Of a stretch of 10,992 nt of DNA, positions 6,582 through 10,992 are shown piece by piece. The position numbers were made by a program, and so were the translations under genes. The notes under the pieces were generated by a model that was not told the DNA's origin, made no database searches, and saw only the letters and a program-made list of their open reading frames with translations. Numbering within the stretch: position 1 is the stretch's first letter; every line of letters starts with the position of its first letter. Source of the DNA: Bdellovibrionota bacterium (lineage in GTDB: Bacteria > Bdellovibrionota_C > UBA2361 > OMII01). The DNA is taken from positions 1 through 10,992 of the forward strand of contig JBIKWQ010000092.1 of the NCBI GenBank assembly GCA_044356215.1, read 5' to 3'.

Positions 6582-7008
6582 CGAATCTTCAGCGGTAGAG
6601 TCACACAGATCAAACTACTCAAAAGAGGAGCAGCTGGATATCTACGCGTTAGCGAGGATGTGTCTTGAGTCAGGTCAGGTCAAGCGAGCGCAGGTAATTC
6701 TGCGTGGGCTTACAACAGTCGCCCCTGAGTTTGTTCCAGGTTGGCTGGCTACCGCTGTGACGCAAGCTACTCTAGGGAATATAGAGCAATCTTTAGATGC
6801 GGCTAGACAGGCGCTAAAACTGCAGCCTGATTCACCGATAGCTATGATAATTCTGGTAACAACCTCTCTAACGCTAGGTGACCAGAGCACTGCTGGTACA
6901 TATCTGGGCGAGTTAAATGAGATGATCGAGCAGGGAATGGTTAGTGATCCGAATCTTATTAGGCTCTTTAAGATGCAGATGGTTCGGTATAATTCGCCGA
7001 ACTCGTAA
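6574..7008 (+). CDS. TPR chaperone, SycD/LcrH/CesD-like (or YscY-like)
   Basis: ATG at 6574 follows GAGGAG (6561-6566). EEQLDIYALARMCLESGQVKRAQVILRGL resembles SycD LEQLYSLAFNQYQSGKYEDAHKVFQAL, followed by further TPR motifs (WLATA...LGNIEQSLDAARQALKLQPDSP). Confidence 0.78.
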   Translation: MSNESSAVESHRSNYSKEEQLDIYALARMCLESGQVKRAQVILRGLTTVAPEFVPGWLATAVTQATLGNIEQSLDAARQALKLQPDSPIAMIILVTTSLTLGDQSTAGTYLGELNEMIEQGMVSDPNLIRLFKMQMVRYNSPNS

Positions 7009-10000
7009 GAAAGGAGCGAAAAGAGGAGAGCAGCGAATCGTTGTCTTTAAGCAGATCGCTTGGACTCCCGAAATCAATCAGGCGCCCATTCTTTAGGCCA
7101 AGGATCAGATCGGCGTCCATCACAGTTGGCAATCTGTGGGCCACTATGAGAACTGTGGCGCCACGAAGTTCATTCCGCAGAACGTTTTGAATCTGATAGT
7201 CAGCCTCGGAGTCTATTGACGCGGTAGCCTCATCAAGAATTATCACTTTGCTCTTTCTCAGAAGAGCGCGCGCAAGAGAGATTAATTGACGTTGGCCAGC
7301 GCTAAAATTAGCACCGCCTTCACGGACATCCGTGTTTAGTTGATCTGGGAGAGACACTACCAGTTTTTTTAGACCAACCCGTTCCAGGGCATCCCAGATC
7401 TCCTGGTCTGAGCAAGCCTTAAAGGGATCGAGGCTCTCGCGAAGCTGTCCTGAAAATAAGATCGGTTCTTGCGGAACAACGGATAAGGCGCCGCGCAATT
7501 CGGACAGCGCGAGTGTTGAGAGGTCGATTCCATCGATCTCGATAGAACCAGAGGATGGTTCAACAAGGCGCAGCAAGCTCAATATAAGTGTACTCTTACC
7601 CGAGCCGGTACGACCGATTATTCCGACGCGACTGCCAGGGGGGATCACGCATGAGATTCTGTCAAGGGCCAAGGGTAGCTCTGGCTTATAGCGAGCGCTA
7701 AAATTCTCTAAGGTTATCGATCCGCGTGATGGCCAGCCAGAAGGGGGAGTGTTTCCGTGCGGCGATTCCGAAGGTGTATGCGCGTAGCGCTCAATCCGCT
7801 CATAAGAGGTTAAATTATTCTCGACCATCGATATACTGCGGATAGCCCAGACCATCGTGGATGTCATCATAATAGCGTAGGCCAGAGCCAGACCCGATAG
7901 AGCCACACCGGATGAAATTCCTAGATTAAGAGAGACACTTAACCCGATTCCTAAGATTATCGCGACCCCAACCGACTCAAGGCGAAGACCGAGCCACCTG
8001 TTAGTTGCAGTTTGTGTGTAGGTTATTCGGTTGTGGGCGTCTAAGGCTTTGGTGTATCTCGCGGTAAATATGTCGGCTAGCTTCGATGCTCTAAGTGCCT
8101 CTACACCGGCGAGGCACTCCGAGAGTATCGCGAAGATAGGGGATAGCGAGAGTGCGCTAAGACGCTGTAAATCCCTTGAGGCGGGCCTGAAGAATCGCGC
8201 CGCCAGATAATAGATGGCGGCGGCCGGACCGATAATCATAAACACCGCCGGAGCGACAAAGGTGACTATTAGGCATACAGTGAGTGTTTCTATCAGGCAG
8301 TGACCAGTATCAATAAGCGCCCGTGGAAGAGCGAGCTCGACGTTCTCAAGATCGCGACTAAACCTGTTTAGTACGCGGCCCACCGGATGAGACTCAAAGA
8401 AGTTAAGTGGCGCGTGAAGAATCCCATGAAGTAAGTCTTTGTGAGCCGATATCCCCGCTTTCATTCCAGCGCTAAAGACGCTCATCGTGCGAAGGTATCC
8501 AATAACTCCCAATAGAGTCACACATCCCAAATATCCGGAGAGGAATGTAGTCAGATCAACTTGCTTAACCCCTGACCAACTAGTCAGCCAGAGATCGGTG
8601 GCAAGCGCCGCACCTTGGCGACCTACAAAGAGTAGCGCTATACCGAACAAAGCGAAGCCGGGGGCCAATTTACGGAAATAAGATGTGACAGTGGCGTTGG
8701 ATACGGCGCCCGTCCGTCGCTCCTCAGTCTGAATGAGTGGTTCAGGTGACGCGGGAAACTCATCATCTCTGTCTACCTCCTCTTCCTGGGAGATCTGAAA
8801 ATTAGCTGACCTATGTTCGCTTGTTGTGAAAGAAGCCTCGTCACTTATTTTTTGGTGGAAGTGAAGGAGCTGTTTGAAGCGGTCGGAATGAGCTATCAGA
8901 TGCCGTGGTTCTCCCTGTTCAATAATCTCACCGTTATCAATTACTAAAACTCGATCCGCTTCCATGGCGAATTCGAGTCTGTGACTAACAACAATCCTGG
9001 TCTTATCTCGTAGCTCACCGCGGATAAGATTATTGAATACGTGTCGGGCAACTTGAGGATCGAGAGCGCTTAAGGGATCGTCTAGTAAATAGATCTCGGC
9101 GTTTTGGTAGACAGCTCGCGCTAGGGCCACGCGGTGGCGCTGGCCACCCGATAGGTTTATTCCGCGTTCACCAATTCGTGTCGCGTCACCGGCTGGTAGG
9201 TTTTGCAAATCAGGACGTAATCCCGACGCAAAGAGCGCCCGTTGATAACGTGAATTATCAAAATCTCCCCCAAAAGTTATATTATCACGAACTGAATCAC
9301 TTATAATCCAGGGGTGCTGAGGTACATAGGACACGGGACCTCCGAGAGACACGCTCCCCGAGTCGCTCGGTAGTTCTCCAAGGATACTTAAGAGTAACGC
9401 AGTCTTTCCGGATCCAACTGATCCTACTACTACGACTAATTCGCCACGAGAGATTGAGATGCCATCTTTTACGCGAGTAGCCTTCGCACCGCCCGAGGAC
9501 CATGTAGTCTTGAGATCTTGTATTATGATCGCCTCAGCCTGCTCTTTAATAACCTTAGTTGGAACGAATTCAGACGAGGTGAGAAAGGTATGAATTCGCT
9601 TCGCCGCTACGCTCGCTTCGACCACGCTGTGGACCGTCTCAGGGAGCATGTTCAGCGAGAAGCGTAGTTGCATAAATAGGGTTAAGACAGGGAAGAGTGT
9701 GGCGGCTTCTAAGGTCGCACCAGACCTTACTAATAAGATCGAAGTGGTAGCCATCGCCGCGGCTGGCGCTATGCCAGATGAGATGGCGAATAACGCCGAT
9801 AATCTGGCTAATTTAGCCGCTATCGCCGCTTCCTCTTTACGTAGGGAGTTAATCTTATTTTCTAGGTTGGCTTCCCATCCCTGGGATTTGGCGGCCTTTA
9901 TGTGAAGAAGAGTCTCTCTTGTAAGCCCAACTCTGCTGTCCGCGATGCGAGAGAGCCTAGAGCGCAGTCTTCCCTGCTCGCGCGCGATAAGAATCGAGAA

Positions 10001-10744
10001 GGATAGAAGTAGAGCTAATGTGCATCCTCCAGCTAGAGCGGGAGTACCAACGAGTCTGTATAGCAAAAAGATTATCGCTATAAGTGTTAGTGGGTGATAC
10101 CAGATGGAGTTTAAGAAGACGAATAAGTTTTGAATTTTTAAGGAATCAGTCGCCACCAAATTTACGATTAGTCCGGCGGACATTCGGTGCTGCTCTGATC
10201 TTTGCTGTCTAAGTGCTTTTTGAAAGATGAGGGCGTTAAGGGCAGCACGTAACCTAATAGCCATATTAGGCTGAAAGAAAAATAAGTAGTGTGAGCCAAA
10301 GATACCGATGAGCGATGAAGTGGCGAGTGTTATGGCGCATAGGATCGGATACGGAATATTCAACGCTGAATGTATCGCCGCGAATGGATCCCTTTCGATC
10401 CACTCTGGCGAAGAGGATCTATCGCTGAGGGCTTTTAGTAGCTCCCTTAATATGAGCGGGTTAGCTAACGCGACAGCTAAACAAACGAAGGAAAAGGCCA
10501 TGACAATCGCTATCGTTCCGATATAGCAGGAAGCCGCGGCGGCAAATAAAGAGAGGTAGCCGAAAGATTTAAATTGAGCCGCGGCGAGACCTAATCTTTC
10601 AGAGTCACCGGTAACTTCCATATGCTTCGGCAGCTTAGGAAGGTCTGACGGATTAAGTGGGGCTTTGTTAGCACTTCGTATGACCGGAGTGGCCCAGCTA
10701 AAGAGCAGCTTAGATAATAGAGATGGAGAGGACCTGGGCTGCAT
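6968..10744 (-). CDS. Full-length ABC exporter, ABCC/MRP subfamily (TMD-NBD-TMD-NBD, 1258 aa)
   Basis: N-terminal lasso-like SLLSKLLFSWATPVI...PLNPSDL. NBD1: GSVGSGKT, IGERGINLSGGQ, IYLLDDPLSALD. Linker EERRTGAV. TMD2: FFESHPVGRVLNRFSRD. NBD2: GRTGSGKS, VPQEPILFSG, NFSAGQRQL, IILDEATASID. Confidence 0.95.
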   Translation of the reverse strand: MQPRSSPSLLSKLLFSWATPVIRSANKAPLNPSDLPKLPKHMEVTGDSERLGLAAAQFKSFGYLSLFAAAASCYIGTIAIVMAFSFVCLAVALANPLILRELLKALSDRSSSPEWIERDPFAAIHSALNIPYPILCAITLATSSLIGIFGSHYLFFFQPNMAIRLRAALNALIFQKALRQQRSEQHRMSAGLIVNLVATDSLKIQNLFVFLNSIWYHPLTLIAIIFLLYRLVGTPALAGGCTLALLLSFSILIAREQGRLRSRLSRIADSRVGLTRETLLHIKAAKSQGWEANLENKINSLRKEEAAIAAKLARLSALFAISSGIAPAAAMATTSILLVRSGATLEAATLFPVLTLFMQLRFSLNMLPETVHSVVEASVAAKRIHTFLTSSEFVPTKVIKEQAEAIIIQDLKTTWSSGGAKATRVKDGISISRGELVVVVGSVGSGKTALLLSILGELPSDSGSVSLGGPVSYVPQHPWIISDSVRDNITFGGDFDNSRYQRALFASGLRPDLQNLPAGDATRIGERGINLSGGQRHRVALARAVYQNAEIYLLDDPLSALDPQVARHVFNNLIRGELRDKTRIVVSHRLEFAMEADRVLVIDNGEIIEQGEPRHLIAHSDRFKQLLHFHQKISDEASFTTSEHRSANFQISQEEEVDRDDEFPASPEPLIQTEERRTGAVSNATVTSYFRKLAPGFALFGIALLFVGRQGAALATDLWLTSWSGVKQVDLTTFLSGYLGCVTLLGVIGYLRTMSVFSAGMKAGISAHKDLLHGILHAPLNFFESHPVGRVLNRFSRDLENVELALPRALIDTGHCLIETLTVCLIVTFVAPAVFMIIGPAAAIYYLAARFFRPASRDLQRLSALSLSPIFAILSECLAGVEALRASKLADIFTARYTKALDAHNRITYTQTATNRWLGLRLESVGVAIILGIGLSVSLNLGISSGVALSGLALAYAIMMTSTMVWAIRSISMVENNLTSYERIERYAHTPSESPHGNTPPSGWPSRGSITLENFSARYKPELPLALDRISCVIPPGSRVGIIGRTGSGKSTLILSLLRLVEPSSGSIEIDGIDLSTLALSELRGALSVVPQEPILFSGQLRESLDPFKACSDQEIWDALERVGLKKLVVSLPDQLNTDVREGGANFSAGQRQLISLARALLRKSKVIILDEATASIDSEADYQIQNVLRNELRGATVLIVAHRLPTVMDADLILGLKNGRLIDFGSPSDLLKDNDSLLSSFRSFLTSSANYTEPSAS

Positions 10745-10752
10745 GAAGGATG

Positions 10753-10761
10753 ATATTAGCA
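10753..10761 (-). promoter_or_regulatory. Possible extended -10 element (TGcTAATAT) for the ABCC gene
   Basis: On the - strand TGCTAATAT lies 8 nt before the ATG at 10744, and no Shine-Dalgarno motif is visible. Confidence 0.3.
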
Positions 10762-10897
10762 GATACGGTGTGGTTTGGAATGGAGGGAATACGGGGGAGT
10801 AGGAGAGAGATGAAGGGGTATGGGCGGAGGTTGATTCCTCAAATAATCCGGATCTCTCCCCGTGAACGTAAAGCGTTGCCCGAGGTCAATTTTTATC

Positions 10898-10984
10898 ACC
10901 ACAGAGGACGCAGAGGACACAGAGAATAGGCCATTTTATGGGCAATTATGGAGTTTTCTCTGTGTCCTCTGCGTCCTCTGTGGT
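10898..10984. repeat. Perfect 29-bp inverted repeat with 29-nt spacer (REP/MITE-like)
   Basis: ACCACAGAGGACGCAGAGGACACAGAGAA (10898-10926) is the exact reverse complement of 10956-10984. Each arm has internal 9-nt periodicity (CAGAGGACG/CAGAGGACA/CAGAG). Confidence 0.9.
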
Positions 10985-10992
10985 AAAAGTAT

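Noticed and set aside
187..7008. Decaying pseudogene cluster
   Set aside because: No evident frameshifts or fragmented frames, and tight spacing, coupling and SD sites are preserved. A dN/dS test is still needed to exclude it formally.
183..10526. Short antisense or alternate-frame ORFs in the track (for example 183-500, 1081-1500, 2847-3083, 6305-6622, 8487-8681, 9648-9905, 10308-10526)
   Set aside because: They are shadows of well-supported genes and have no recognisable motifs.
10782..10830. G-rich purine tract, possible G-quadruplex
   Set aside because: Four G-runs are present but one loop is about 17 nt, and there is no other support.
10898..10984. CRISPR array or simple Rho-independent terminator
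   Set aside because: The two copies are inverted rather than direct, there are no cas genes, and the stem and loop are much longer than a typical terminator.

Overview
This is a bacterial window with three parts. (1) A tightly coupled + strand cluster (187-7008) encodes a divergent, apparently stripped-down non-flagellar type III secretion system (T3SS)-like apparatus. In order: a zinc-ribbon/disordered/FHA protein, an SctJ (YscJ/PrgK) ring lipoprotein, a 74-aa protein, an SctO-like coiled coil, SctQ with two SPOA domains, SctR, SctS, a short SctT-like protein, a membrane-only SctU-like protein, a small helical protein and an SycD/LcrH-like TPR chaperone. The export-gate proteins have open frames but lack hallmark gating motifs: the SctR Met gasket and QQxPPN loop, and the SctU cytoplasmic NPTH domain. 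No ATPase, SctV, secretin or needle gene is present in the window. (2) A convergent, intronless, full-length eukaryote-type ABCC/MRP transporter lies on the - strand (6968-10744). (3) Two different palindromic elements sit at the window ends (about 13-139 and 10898-10984). All family calls are by eye from remembered motifs; no searches were run.
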